From: Terriglobia bacterium
Lineage (GTDB): Bacteria; Acidobacteriota; Terriglobia; JAIQFV01
Assembly: GCA_041494885.1 (NCBI GenBank)
Contig: JBGQBO010000012.1
Coordinates: 2,637-66,636, forward strand
Direction of reading: 5' to 3'
Length of the DNA: 64,000 nucleotides
Shown: in pieces, positions 53,479-63,554 of the stretch
Numbering within the stretch: position 1 is the stretch's first letter
How the letters are laid out: every line of letters starts with the position of its first letter
Made by a program: the position numbers and the translations under genes
Notes under the pieces: model-generated
Databases searched by the model: none
What the model was told of the DNA's origin: nothing
What the model saw: only the letters and a program-made list of their open reading frames with translations

Positions 53479-56244
53479 ATGGACTCTGAACGCTGGAAAC
53501 AAATCAACGAACTCTTTCGATCGGCCCTGGAGCGGATTCCCAGTGAGCGGGCGGCTTTCCTCGACCAGACCTGCGGCAGGGATGAAGCCTTGCGAAGCGA
53601 AGTTGAAACGCTTTTGGACGCCGACGCGAAAGCTGACAACTTTATTGAAAAGCCCGCGGCCCAGGTCGCCAGTGACTTGATCAAAGATCAGGGTCCCGAT
53701 TCGTGGGTGGGTCGAAAAATCGGCCCTTACAAGATTATCTCCCTGGCGGGCGCAGGCGGCATGGGCGAAGTTTATGTGGCACGCGATGTCAGGTTGGACC
53801 GACAAGTCGCTCTGAAGGTCCTGCCGGGTTACATCTTTAGCAATGCCGAGCGGTTGAATCGATTTGAACAGGAGGGTCGTGCTGTTTCCGCACTCAATCA
53901 CCCCAACATCCTCTCCATTTTTGACACCGGACACATCGACAATATCCACTTCATCGTCACCGAATACATCGAAGGTGAGACTCTAAGGCAGCGTCTTTCA
54001 CGAGCAGTCATGCCCCTGGGAGAAGCGCTTGGGGTAGCCATTCAAGTGGCCGGGGCGTTGACCGCAGCCCATCAGGCCGGGATTATTCATCGCGATATCA
54101 AGCCCGAGAATATCATGCTGCGGCCGGATGGTATCGTCAAAGTCCTGGACTTTGGCCTCTCCAAACGGACCGAACGGCCCGCCTCCAGTTCACAAGGTTC
54201 TTCCCAGGACAGAAACAATACCGACATCGGGATAGTCATGGGCACGGCGAATTACATGTCGCCGGAACAAGCGCGGGGAGAAATCGTGGACGCCCGAACG
54301 GATGTCTTCAGCTTGGGCACCGTGCTGTATGAAATGGTAACCGGCCGAACGCCCTTTGAAGGCGCCTCCAAGAATGAGGTGATCGCAGCGATTCTAAGCC
54401 AGGAAGCCCCGCCCCTGGCGCGGTTCTTGCGGGATATTCCCCCGGAGCTTGAGCGGATTGTCAGCAAAGCGCTGTGCAAAGACCGCGAAGCACGTTATCA
54501 GGGAATCAAGGATCTTCAGATCGATCTGAAAACCCTGAAAGCAGACTTGGAATTTGAGGCCAAACGGGACCGTTCCGCCCCAGCCGGATGGAGCCCTGGA
54601 GCCACTGGAAACAAAGGAGAGGCAATCACCCGGAGTCCCGCCGAACTCATCTCCCCAGCCTCTCCGAGAAGAGAGCACTACGCTAAGGATATTCGGCGCC
54701 GGATTCTCGTGCGCAATGTCATCATCGGCGTGCTCCTCGTGCTCGTTGGGGTGGGCCTGTACTTCAGGTTGCGGGGGGAAAAGAAATCCACCTACTCTCT
54801 CGCGGTCCTTCCGTTTACCAACGCGAGTTCGGACCCCGGTACGGAATACCTCCCGGACGGGATTACGGAAAGCCTCATTGATTCCTTCTCCCACCTGCCT
54901 CAATTACGGGTCATGGCGAGAACGACTGTGATCATTTACAAGGGCTCGAAAATGGACCCCCGCGAAATCGGTCGCAAACTTAGCGTGGACTATGTGGTCA
55001 CCGGAACCGTCATCCAGCGGGGCGATGCCTTGCTGGTTCAGGCGGATTTGATTGATGTGAAGACCGGCGTGGAGCTCTGGGGTGCCCATTACAACGTGAA
55101 GCTTTCTGACATTCTGATTGTCCAGGAAGGGATGGCTCGCGACATCTCGGAGAAGCTGTTGCCCCCGTTGACCGGGGAAGAGAAGAAGCGATTGACCAAG
55201 CGTTACACGGAGAGTACCGAGGCCTACAATCTCTACCTCAAAGGCCGTTACCACTGGCAGAAGCGGACCGTCTCGCAATTGACGAAAAGCATCGGCTATT
55301 TTCAGCAGGCCATTGAAAAAGACCCCCAATATGCGCTCGCCTATACCGGGATTGCCGATGCTTATGCCCTGCTGGGCTCAGTGGGATACGATGCTCTAAG
55401 ACCGCGAGAAGCCATGCCTCGGGCGGAGGTCGCTGCTCTCAAGGCCCTGCAGATTGATGACAGCCTAGCGGAAGCGCATACTTCATTGGCTTACATTCGA
55501 CTGATGTATGACTGGGACTGGCCGCAGTCCCAGAAGGAGTTCGAGCGGGCCATCCAGCTCAATCCGAATGATGCTAATGCGCACCATTGGTACTCTTATT
55601 GGTATGTGACCCGCGGGCAGTTTGATCAGGGGCTCACCGAGGTGCGCCGCGCCCTGGAGTTGGAACCTCTCTCCCCCACCATCAACGCCGCACTCGGAAG
55701 GCACTATTATTTTGCGCGCCGTTATGAGGAAGCCCTGGAGCAATGCCGGAAAACGCTCGACCTGGATCAAAACTTCGTGCTGGGCCGACTGCAGCTCGGA
55801 CTCACCCTGGAGCAGATGGGGAGATATCCGGAATCCATTGCGGAATTTCAGACGGTGAAACAGCTGATCGTCGCCTCTGTCCAAATGGAACAAAACCCCG
55901 GGGGACGAGGCCCGGGTGCTGACCTCAAGGAGATCCCCCGATTCGGAATTTGGGATACTCTGCTTGGGAATGTGTTTGCAGTTTCCGGGGAAAAAACGAA
56001 GGCCCGCAATGAGCTGGCCCAGCTTATAAGCCTCAGATCTACGGAGACGTATGTTCCAGCTTATTACCTCGGTGCCATTTGCGTCGGCCTGGGAAAGAAG
56101 GACGCGGCGTTCCAGTGGCTGGACCGGGCTTACCAGGAACGTTCCGAGGTGCTGGTCGATCTCAAGGTGGAACCCTACATGGACAGCCTTCGCTCGGATC
56201 CCCGTTATGCCGACCTGCTCCGCCGAGTGGGTCTCCCGCAGTGA
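53479..56244 (+). CDS. Ser/Thr protein kinase with TM, TolB-like and TPR domains (ECF-associated)
   Basis: N-terminal ERW..I.ELF..ALE helical domain, GAGGMG, HRDIKPEN, DFG, YMSPE, SLAVLPF, TPRs. Confidence 0.95.
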   Translation: MDSERWKQINELFRSALERIPSERAAFLDQTCGRDEALRSEVETLLDADAKADNFIEKPAAQVASDLIKDQGPDSWVGRKIGPYKIISLAGAGGMGEVYVARDVRLDRQVALKVLPGYIFSNAERLNRFEQEGRAVSALNHPNILSIFDTGHIDNIHFIVTEYIEGETLRQRLSRAVMPLGEALGVAIQVAGALTAAHQAGIIHRDIKPENIMLRPDGIVKVLDFGLSKRTERPASSSQGSSQDRNNTDIGIVMGTANYMSPEQARGEIVDARTDVFSLGTVLYEMVTGRTPFEGASKNEVIAAILSQEAPPLARFLRDIPPELERIVSKALCKDREARYQGIKDLQIDLKTLKADLEFEAKRDRSAPAGWSPGATGNKGEAITRSPAELISPASPRREHYAKDIRRRILVRNVIIGVLLVLVGVGLYFRLRGEKKSTYSLAVLPFTNASSDPGTEYLPDGITESLIDSFSHLPQLRVMARTTVIIYKGSKMDPREIGRKLSVDYVVTGTVIQRGDALLVQADLIDVKTGVELWGAHYNVKLSDILIVQEGMARDISEKLLPPLTGEEKKRLTKRYTESTEAYNLYLKGRYHWQKRTVSQLTKSIGYFQQAIEKDPQYALAYTGIADAYALLGSVGYDALRPREAMPRAEVAALKALQIDDSLAEAHTSLAYIRLMYDWDWPQSQKEFERAIQLNPNDANAHHWYSYWYVTRGQFDQGLTEVRRALELEPLSPTINAALGRHYYFARRYEEALEQCRKTLDLDQNFVLGRLQLGLTLEQMGRYPESIAEFQTVKQLIVASVQMEQNPGGRGPGADLKEIPRFGIWDTLLGNVFAVSGEKTKARNELAQLISLRSTETYVPAYYLGAICVGLGKKDAAFQWLDRAYQERSEVLVDLKVEPYMDSLRSDPRYADLLRRVGLPQ

Positions 56245-56445
56245 ATATTTTTTCGGGAGATGAAATCCGGGTGCCGCAGGCCTGTCGGGGGTGCCGCAGG
56301 CATGCGTTCTTGGCATGCCTGCGGAGGAACGTAGTTCTGTGGAAGAAAGCATCGGGTCGGACCAAGCTAAGTTGCTTTAGGATAAGAGAATAAGTTCCAA
56401 AACCGGGTATTTTCGAGGCTTAAACGGCCTTTTTCGCCCTCCAAA

Positions 56446-56640
56446 TCATCCCCATAAGCCGCTTCGTCCTCGCGCAACTGGCAATCCGCCCAGGCGGACA
56501 TCACGTCCCTTCCTCTGGCTCGCGCTCCCAACTGCTTCGACATAAGCGGGGCTGCCCACCGCCAGGCTGTCGCTCCATTGGCTCTGCCGCTCTAACTGCT
56601 TCCGTTGTAGGGCCTCTTCGATTTGCTCGCGGCAGGTTTC
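56446..56640 (-). pseudogene. Possible C-terminal remnant of a Y1/REP-associated transposase
   Basis: Fragment RQSQWSDSLAVGSPAYVE, then QLREDEAAY in another frame, resembles the tail of Y1_Tnp proteins; no HUH domain is left; REP-like palindromes lie at 56271-56324. Confidence 0.45.
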
Positions 56641-56839
56641 TCCGCGGATCCATGTTGCCGGGGGGTGGTGATTTCGGGGGCAAAAAACAGCTTCTAAACC
56701 CTGAATATTACCTTCTTTTTGATCATCGACAACCATTTCAATCAGTTGGCTTGGTCCGACCCCAAACATTGAATCATGATCCGGTGGCCCACAAAATGAA
56801 CACTCCTGTAAGTCGGCGTATGCGCCATCCCGCCAGGAT

Positions 56840-57172
56840 TCATTTCGATTTGGAAGGCTCCACGAGGCGGAGACGGATCAGCTTTTTGGCGAGAGTATAA
56901 ATGTCTTTCTGACTTCCGGCTTTGCGAATGCCAATAGCCACCACGATGACGATCACGAGGCCCCGGTCGACTCCGTAGATAATCCGGTATCGTTGGCCCA
57001 CTGCTCGAAGACTTCGATAGCCTGCCAGTTCTTCGATCAGTGGCTTGCCTTGCTTTTCAGGATCTTCCGCCAAATCATCGATGCGGCTGATGATTTTCTC
57101 CCGAATCCTGCGGTCTGAAATGCCCTTCAGCATTGTCAGGGCGGAGGGCGTAATTCTGATTGGGTAGCGCAC
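56840..57172 (-). CDS. Type II toxin, RelE/ParE family
   Basis: P..GKPL..L.GYRSLR..YRIIY..V..IG.R motif; GTG start 2 bp after the antitoxin stop. Confidence 0.9.
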   Translation of the reverse strand: MRYPIRITPSALTMLKGISDRRIREKIISRIDDLAEDPEKQGKPLIEELAGYRSLRAVGQRYRIIYGVDRGLVIVIVVAIGIRKAGSQKDIYTLAKKLIRLRLVEPSKSK

Positions 57173-57174
57173 CC

Positions 57175-57450
57175 TTAGAGCCTCTTCCTGGCTTTTTCCC
57201 AAGGGATGGACTTCCCTGCCTCCGCCTCCTTTATTCCCTGGCGCAAAGCAGTCATCTGCTCGTTATCTCCCAGGATCTCCAAGGTCTCAACGATCGCTTC
57301 GTAAAGATCCCACGGCAAGATGGCCAGAACAGGTTCTCCCCGCCGCGTTACCGAGATGGCCCCCGGTCTGCGCTGAAGCTTCTCCGGAAGGCTGGTCAAC
57401 TTGTTTCGGGCATCAATGATGGGCATCTCAGCCGCGTCAGCCGTATTCAT
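57175..57450 (-). CDS. Type II antitoxin, Phd/YefM family
   Basis: DARNKL..L, VTRRG.PV, YE...ETLEIL motifs. Confidence 0.9.
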   Translation of the reverse strand: MNTADAAEMPIIDARNKLTSLPEKLQRRPGAISVTRRGEPVLAILPWDLYEAIVETLEILGDNEQMTALRQGIKEAEAGKSIPWEKARKRL

Positions 57451-57493
57451 TCGTTTCTTCTCCTTTCCCCATGATGCACTGCTCAAGACAATC

Positions 57494-57533
57494 CGTACTA
57501 TGAAACGTACTGTATGGAGTACACATCTGTCAA
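57494..57533 (-). promoter_or_regulatory. Toxin-antitoxin promoter and operator
   Basis: TTGACA, 18 nt spacer, TACGTT on the minus strand, overlapped by three GTAC cores at 57495, 57507 and 57519. Confidence 0.65.
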
Positions 57534-57589
57534 GCCCTGTCTCAGTAACTCTCCAAGAAGCATGTATGTGCCACCCGGCTGCTCCAAAA

Positions 57590-57628
57590 GATCAAATTCC
57601 AAATTCCAAACAAAACCCAAATTCCAAA
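57590..57628 (+). repeat. Short AAATTCC heptamer array
   Basis: CAAATTCCAAATTCCAAACAAAACCCAAATTCCAAA. Confidence 0.6.
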
Positions 57629-57723
57629 GAAACAATTGTTGGTGCCTGACCACCACAGTTCTACGGGTCGGGGTCTCCCGCAATTCACCCGCCCAGCTAT
57701 GTTTGTACGTTGAGAGATATCGA

Positions 57724-59205
57724 CTAAGGCCCATGCTGATGATGCAGGTGATCATCGCCCTTCAACCGCAACCGCAGATACATCATGAAACCAAGCGGAT
57801 GATCCCCATAAAATGGCTTGATCGCTGAAGGTACCGCATAGCCTGTGAAGTTCCCCCCCCACCCGATTTTAATCCCCGCGACCTCTATGATATCTCGCGT
57901 GTACCCCAGCGTGTAAGCTTGGATGCGGAAAACCGACCCCACCGTGCGGGCGAGCAGATCCTTGACTTCAGGTTGGTTGTCGAAAAGTTCGTCCTTGTCG
58001 ACCAGCTCGATTCGTCCGGTGAGATAGTTCTTGTTCTGAAATTGAATGACCGATTCCACCAGGTACGAATTGATGTTGCGACGTTCCGCCACCTTGTGAT
58101 TGCGGCCCCAGATGAGGCTGGTCGCCCAATGCCCGGATGCGAAAGGCCGGTTGTAAGTCACCGAGGCCGTCGACCGAACGATGTCGCCGGCTTCGAGTTC
58201 CTCAGGATGCTTCAATCGACCCACGGACACTTGTGCGCTCCAGTTGCTCGCGGGTGTCAGGGTCAGCCGCGTGGACCAGGAATCGATCGCCCCGTGATCG
58301 ATGTTCCAGCGGTTCTCGTTGGGCTCGCGGCCATGAAATCCACTCCCCTCGATTCGAATCATGCCAAACTTGAGCCCTGCGGTGATCACTTCGTTGACAA
58401 TGTGGGAGGAATCCTGCAAATGATGCGAGAGCGTGGCCTGCGGAAGCTCCGCCGCGGAAACGCGATGCGGATAGGCCACCGGCCCGAGGGCGGGATCCCC
58501 CACCGGAGCAAAATAGAAATCGACCAGGGTCTTCTCGCCAAGAAGGCGAGCGTACTGCAGGCTCAGTTCCATAAAGAGGTCATGGGGATGCTGTCCGTCG
58601 ACGAGGGGCTGACCAAAAGCAGTCTCCCCGGTTTGAAAGAGCAAAGGATAACGGCGCTCCGTCACTGTGGCCGGTTCAAAGCTCAGCATTGCTCGAATCA
58701 TGAAGCTGCCGCTGCCCACCTGGCGGTGAGCCATCCCCATCAGCCCGTTTGAGGAGAAGAATTTGTCACCCCCGCGCGGACCGCTCTGCTGGATATCACC
58801 CATAAACGCCGAACCGTGAAACATGAAGTTCCAGGAGCGGGCGTTGACCATCTTCATGTGCATAGGTGAGGAACCCGGATTAACACTGGTGCCTGAACCC
58901 TGCTCCATTAAAAACATCCCTGAGGGGTTCAACACCGGCATTTCCATTTCCGGCATGGACATCTTTTCCATCTTCGAATGATCGTGTTCGGGCGTTTGAG
59001 TTTTCTCGGCCTTATCAGGAAGCGGGGCGGGGTGATGATGCTGTGCGGCTGGTTCTTCTTTTCCCTTCTCCTGCCACGTCTGAGCGTCCGCGAGGGGACC
59101 TCCCCGGTGCGGTTCCTGAGAGTAGGCTGGATGCACCAGGCACAGAGCGAGGAGCATGAGAAGTCGCAATGATCGTCCCCGTAATCCCAGCCAACGGCTA
59201 TTCAT
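57724..59205 (-). CDS. Exported His/Met-rich protein, probable outer-membrane beta-barrel
   Basis: Signal peptide, HHH and DHSKMEKMSMPEMEM stretch, SGTS..P, LFQTGET..D.QHPHDLFMEL, alternating beta strands, His-rich C-terminus. Confidence 0.7.
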   Translation of the reverse strand: MNSRWLGLRGRSLRLLMLLALCLVHPAYSQEPHRGGPLADAQTWQEKGKEEPAAQHHHPAPLPDKAEKTQTPEHDHSKMEKMSMPEMEMPVLNPSGMFLMEQGSGTSVNPGSSPMHMKMVNARSWNFMFHGSAFMGDIQQSGPRGGDKFFSSNGLMGMAHRQVGSGSFMIRAMLSFEPATVTERRYPLLFQTGETAFGQPLVDGQHPHDLFMELSLQYARLLGEKTLVDFYFAPVGDPALGPVAYPHRVSAAELPQATLSHHLQDSSHIVNEVITAGLKFGMIRIEGSGFHGREPNENRWNIDHGAIDSWSTRLTLTPASNWSAQVSVGRLKHPEELEAGDIVRSTASVTYNRPFASGHWATSLIWGRNHKVAERRNINSYLVESVIQFQNKNYLTGRIELVDKDELFDNQPEVKDLLARTVGSVFRIQAYTLGYTRDIIEVAGIKIGWGGNFTGYAVPSAIKPFYGDHPLGFMMYLRLRLKGDDHLHHQHGP

Positions 59206-59464
59206 CCGACCCCCTCTCTGCATCCTCTTACGCGTCTTCAGCGACTCAGGCGCGCTCCGGCGCCGGTACAATGATCATCATGAAAATGCAATTCTTCTTC
59301 ATTTTGCATTCTACACCTTATCTTCTTAATCCCTGGTCAACAGCAGATCATTCCCTTAACTTGCCCCTAAATTTGAGGGGGCGTATACTCGCGGGGAATC
59401 ATTTCATGACGGAATTGCAGAACCTCAGGAAGTTTCTACCCATCTATAGATCAGACCAGCAACA

Positions 59465-61945
59465 ATGAAGGAACCGATCGAAGAAGGAGCCGTCCTCTCT
59501 CACTACCGGGTTCTTTCTCATCTCGGTACTGGTGGGATGGGAGAGGTCTACCTCGCTGAAGACATGCGCCTGGGTCGCAAGGTGGCGCTGAAGTTGTTGC
59601 CGGCCGAGTTTATCCAGAATCAGGAACGGCTCCTCCGGTTCGAGCAGGAAGCGCGCGCCGCCTCCGCCTTGAATCATCCCAACATCATTACCATCTTCGA
59701 TGTCGGGCGCGCCGAAAACCTCCATTTCATTGCCACCGAGTTTATCGAAGGAGAAACGCTCCGCCACCAACTGGCGAAGGCAAAGATCACCCTGACCCGG
59801 GCCCTCGATATCGCCATTCAAGTGGCCGGCGCTTTAGCCGCTGCTCATCAAGCCGGGATCGTGCATCGCGACATCAAGCCCGAAAACATCATGCTGCGTC
59901 CGGATGGCTATGTCAAAGTCTTGGACTTTGGCCTGGCCAAGTTGACGGAGCCCGAGACTTGTGATTCAGAGTCGCCCACCCGGGCCACGGTCCAGACGGA
60001 GACGGGTGTGGTGGTGGGGACGGTAAGTTACATGTCTCCCGAGCAGGTCCGGGGAGTCACGGTGGATGCCCGCACCGACATCTTCAGCTTGGGCGCGGTG
60101 CTCTATGAAACGGTCGCTGGGGTCGGTCCCTTCGACGGCCCGAGCAAGAGTGAGGTGATTGCTGCGATTTTGGACCGCGAGCCCGCCCCCCTCGCCCGTT
60201 ATGCCCGCGATGTTTCGAACGAGGTTGAGAGGATTGTTAGCAAGGCATTGCGCAAGGATCGGGAGGCCCGTTATCAAACCGCCAAAGATTTTCAGATCGA
60301 CTTGAAAAGCCTGAAAGATGATTTGGAATTTGAGGCGAAACGCGTGCGGACGAGCCAGGCCAGCTCGAGCGGAACACAGGCAATCGTCAGGGGCGGAGAG
60401 GCGGCGGCCGTCGAGTCTGTCCCCCCTCCTGTACCCCAAGTGACGTCCAGCGCAGAGTATCTGGTCACTGAAATCAAACGCCACAAGTTGAGTACAATCC
60501 TGGTTCTTGCTCTGCTCCTCTTCGCAGTAATCGGTGCGATCTATATCCAAACCCGCAGCGGGAAAGCCATAAATTCTCTCGCGGTCCTCCCCTTTGTCAA
60601 CGTCACCGCAGATCCCAACACCGAATACCTTTCAGACGGGATCACCGAAAGTCTCATCAACAGCTTGGCCCAGTTGCCGAATCTCACGGTGATGTCACGA
60701 AGTTCGGTCTTTCAGTACAAAGGCCGCGAACTCGATGTCCAGGAGGCCGGCCGAAGACTCAAAGTCCAGGCCGTTCTGACGGGCAGGGTCTTGCAGCGTG
60801 GCGACGATCTCTCCATCAGCGCCGAACTCGTGGACGTGCGCAACAACAGCCACCTCTGGGGCGAACAGTATCAGCGGAAACTTTCAGATATCCTTCCCCT
60901 GCAAAGGAATATTGCCAGTGAAATTTCAGAGAAACTGCGGGTGAGGCTAACGGGCGCCGAGAAGGACCGATTAACGAAGAAATACACGGAGAACACAGAG
61001 GCTTATCAGTTGTACCTCAAGGGGCGATACTTTGCCGCCAAGTTTACCAAAGAAGGCCTGGACAAGGGACTCTACTATTTCAACCAGGCGATTGCCAAGG
61101 ATCCCACTTATGCACTGGCCTACGATGGGGTCGCTTATTACTATGTAACCGCCGCGGACTGGTTCCTTTCGCCCAGGGAAACCATGCCGAAGGCCAAAGC
61201 GGCGGCCCAAAGCGCCTTGAAGATTGACAATGCGCTTTCGGAGGCCCACACCTCCCTGGCTATAGTTTATTACTGGTACGACTACGACTGGGCGGCTGCT
61301 GAACGAGAATTGAAACGCGCCCTGGAGCTCAATCCCAACGATGCCTCCGCTCACCAGTTTTACGGCTCCTACCTGGCATGGACAGGTAGAGTCGACGAAG
61401 GAATTGCAGAGGCCAAGAGAGCCATTGAACTGGATCCTCTCTCGCCCCAGGTCAACACCTACATGGGCGTCAATCTTTACTTCGCTCGCCGCTACGAGGA
61501 AGCAACTCGACAGCTTCAAGAGGTCGTCCGGGCGAACCCGAATTACTGGTGGGCCCATGTGTTTCTGGGGAGATGCTACGAACAGACCGGAAGGCTTCCG
61601 GAAGCCATCGCGGAGTTCCAGAAGGCGAAATTGATCGAGGATGCCATCCCCGAGATCGACGCGTCGCTTGGCCATGCGTATGCCTTATCGGGCAAGCGGA
61701 GTGAGGCAGAGAAGGTGATCGAGACGTTGAAGCTGGGCTCCACGCGGAGCTACGTTTCACCTTACAATATGGCCATCGTCTATGCCGGCCTGGGTGAGAA
61801 AGACGAAACGCTCCAGTGGCTCGACAAGGCCTATGAGGAACGCCCTTATTACCTGGTCTGGTTAAAGGTGGACCCGGATCTGGACAACCTTCGATCTGAT
61901 TCGAGGTTTGTGGCACTGCTCCGGCGGGTGGGGTTTGAAAGATAG
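59465..61945 (+). CDS. Ser/Thr protein kinase with TM, TolB-like and TPR domains (paralog)
   Basis: GTGGMG, HRDIKPEN, DFG, YMSPE, SLAVLPF, TPRs; clearly paralogous to 53479-56244. Confidence 0.95.
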   Translation: MKEPIEEGAVLSHYRVLSHLGTGGMGEVYLAEDMRLGRKVALKLLPAEFIQNQERLLRFEQEARAASALNHPNIITIFDVGRAENLHFIATEFIEGETLRHQLAKAKITLTRALDIAIQVAGALAAAHQAGIVHRDIKPENIMLRPDGYVKVLDFGLAKLTEPETCDSESPTRATVQTETGVVVGTVSYMSPEQVRGVTVDARTDIFSLGAVLYETVAGVGPFDGPSKSEVIAAILDREPAPLARYARDVSNEVERIVSKALRKDREARYQTAKDFQIDLKSLKDDLEFEAKRVRTSQASSSGTQAIVRGGEAAAVESVPPPVPQVTSSAEYLVTEIKRHKLSTILVLALLLFAVIGAIYIQTRSGKAINSLAVLPFVNVTADPNTEYLSDGITESLINSLAQLPNLTVMSRSSVFQYKGRELDVQEAGRRLKVQAVLTGRVLQRGDDLSISAELVDVRNNSHLWGEQYQRKLSDILPLQRNIASEISEKLRVRLTGAEKDRLTKKYTENTEAYQLYLKGRYFAAKFTKEGLDKGLYYFNQAIAKDPTYALAYDGVAYYYVTAADWFLSPRETMPKAKAAAQSALKIDNALSEAHTSLAIVYYWYDYDWAAAERELKRALELNPNDASAHQFYGSYLAWTGRVDEGIAEAKRAIELDPLSPQVNTYMGVNLYFARRYEEATRQLQEVVRANPNYWWAHVFLGRCYEQTGRLPEAIAEFQKAKLIEDAIPEIDASLGHAYALSGKRSEAEKVIETLKLGSTRSYVSPYNMAIVYAGLGEKDETLQWLDKAYEERPYYLVWLKVDPDLDNLRSDSRFVALLRRVGFER

Positions 61946-62289
61946 TTGCCAGAAAGAAGCCATCAGCTTTCAGCCATCAGCTATCAGCAAGCAGTTGCCA
62001 GATAGCAGCTATCAGCGGTCAGCTATCAGCAAGCAGTTCTCAGTTGCCAGTTCTCAGTTGTCAGAAAACCAGCCATCAGCAAGGGCGGGAAGTTGACATG
62101 ACTTGCCGGACGTTGTTGGTTATCGAAGGCAGATCTGTCTGTGACGTCGACCATGAATGTGCAGACAAATTCCCTGGACCGATCGAACATCAAGGGCAGC
62201 TAAGGACTGTCAACTGCTTGCTGATAGCTGATAGCTGCTATCTGGCAACTGCTTGCTGATAGCTGAAAGCTGACCGCTGATGGCTGCTA
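61940..62289. repeat. Long inverted repeat built from CAGCTAT/CAGCCAT heptamers
   Basis: Left arm CAGCTATCAGCAAGCAGTTGCCAGATAGCAGCTATCAGC is the reverse complement of the right arm GCTGATAGCTGCTATCTGGCAACTGCTTGCTGATAGCTG; about 120 bp unique spacer. Confidence 0.85.
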
Positions 62290-62291
62290 CC

Positions 62292-62744
62292 TCAAACATC
62301 CAAGATCGAGATTTTCTCCACACCCAGAACCAGAGGGGACTCACAGTCGGAGACCAGTGACAGGGCGAACTCGGCGGCCTGCTTCGAGGAGTCGGCCATT
62401 CCCACAAACTCCCTTTCTTCCTCCCTATGCTTTGCGTCACCAATCCGCACTTTGAAAACTTGCGGCATCCTGAGGATCCCATTGGCTCCTTGAGCTGAAA
62501 GAGTCGATAGATCCCAGTGAGCAGGATACGGAGGAGCATCAGGAGCAAGCAAAGCGGACTGTGGAACGGCTATCCGGCTTTTTTCAAGACCCTTCAACTC
62601 TCTCATCGGCCCCTGAAATCGCCCGAGGAATGCAAATTTCGGTCCCACCACGACACGGCCTCTGAGAAAACGGAAGAGGTAAGTCAGTGCAATAATGTGG
62701 AAAGCGACTGAAACGCAGAAAAAGATCGCGGCAAACATTGACAT
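62292..62744 (-). CDS. Hypothetical protein with N-terminal TM segment
   Basis: 150-aa ORF filling the gap; no recognisable motif. Confidence 0.4.
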   Translation of the reverse strand: MSMFAAIFFCVSVAFHIIALTYLFRFLRGRVVVGPKFAFLGRFQGPMRELKGLEKSRIAVPQSALLAPDAPPYPAHWDLSTLSAQGANGILRMPQVFKVRIGDAKHREEEREFVGMADSSKQAAEFALSLVSDCESPLVLGVEKISILDV

Positions 62745-62914
62745 GGATTAAGATCTCTTTCCCGGCGGACCGGCTCTTTCGAAAGCAACAGTCAAAGTCC
62801 GGGTGCTACCCTCCCGGACGGGCCTCACCCAACTGAACCCTGAGCGCTCCACGTATCGAAGGGCGCTAAACAACCCTTTTGTCCCCGAATGAGCGCCATC
62901 ATTAGTCCTACATA

Positions 62915-63412
62915 TCACTTGTCAGAACCTGATTCTGTATCACCTCTCAACGAGTCCCCGGCACATAGAACCACCTTCTCCGGTTCTCCCCGTCGGTCAG
63001 CCTGCTCTACGCCGAGGGCCAGTTCCTGTTCCAGCGGTGATCGCCCCAATCTCCTCCCCACGCTGTCTCCCGTGAGCCACACCTCGGAGAGGAAAGACTG
63101 GTTCCCATAGCGTGTGAAAACAAGCATCGATTTATCCTTGAGCTTATCCTGGACCCGTGCCAAGGGCATGAGAGGCTGGATGATCACTGTGAGATCGCCC
63201 TCTCGTTTTTGAATCCGCACCATCCCCTGATAAAAATTGGGGAGATGGCGGGTCACCGCGTACTCCCCCGGAGGAAATATGTTATCCCCTACCGTAAACT
63301 GGAATGGGATGTGAAACCTTGACATGCCGCCATTCTGACCATGGGTGGGCTCGGCTCCCATGATGAATAACACACTCGCTACCAGAAAAATTCTCACTCT
63401 TTGACTTTTCAA
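62915..63412 (-). CDS. Exported hypothetical protein (IPF.F.VG..P.G.Y family)
   Basis: Signal peptide, IPFQFTVG...PPGEY, LVFTRYG..FLSEVW; GGAGGAG RBS, TTG start. Confidence 0.75.
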   Translation of the reverse strand: MKSQRVRIFLVASVLFIMGAEPTHGQNGGMSRFHIPFQFTVGDNIFPPGEYAVTRHLPNFYQGMVRIQKREGDLTVIIQPLMPLARVQDKLKDKSMLVFTRYGNQSFLSEVWLTGDSVGRRLGRSPLEQELALGVEQADRRGEPEKVVLCAGDSLRGDTESGSDK

Positions 63413-63554
63413 AGAGAGCTCCTCCCTGAATCTCTCTATTCGAGGCGAACCCTTCTACGGCCTCCCATGGATCTCGATCGGTCCGGAGTCGTCCTGGCAA
63501 CCGATTGTTCCCTCGCTAGGGTTCGCCTCGACTTCGCCCGAAGGCGGTTTGTCT

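Noticed and set aside
62836-62893. Fluoride-riboswitch-like hairpin AATGATGGCGCTCATT on the minus strand
   Set aside because: The 3' consensus (UAAUG..CCUAC) is absent and no fluoride-related gene follows.
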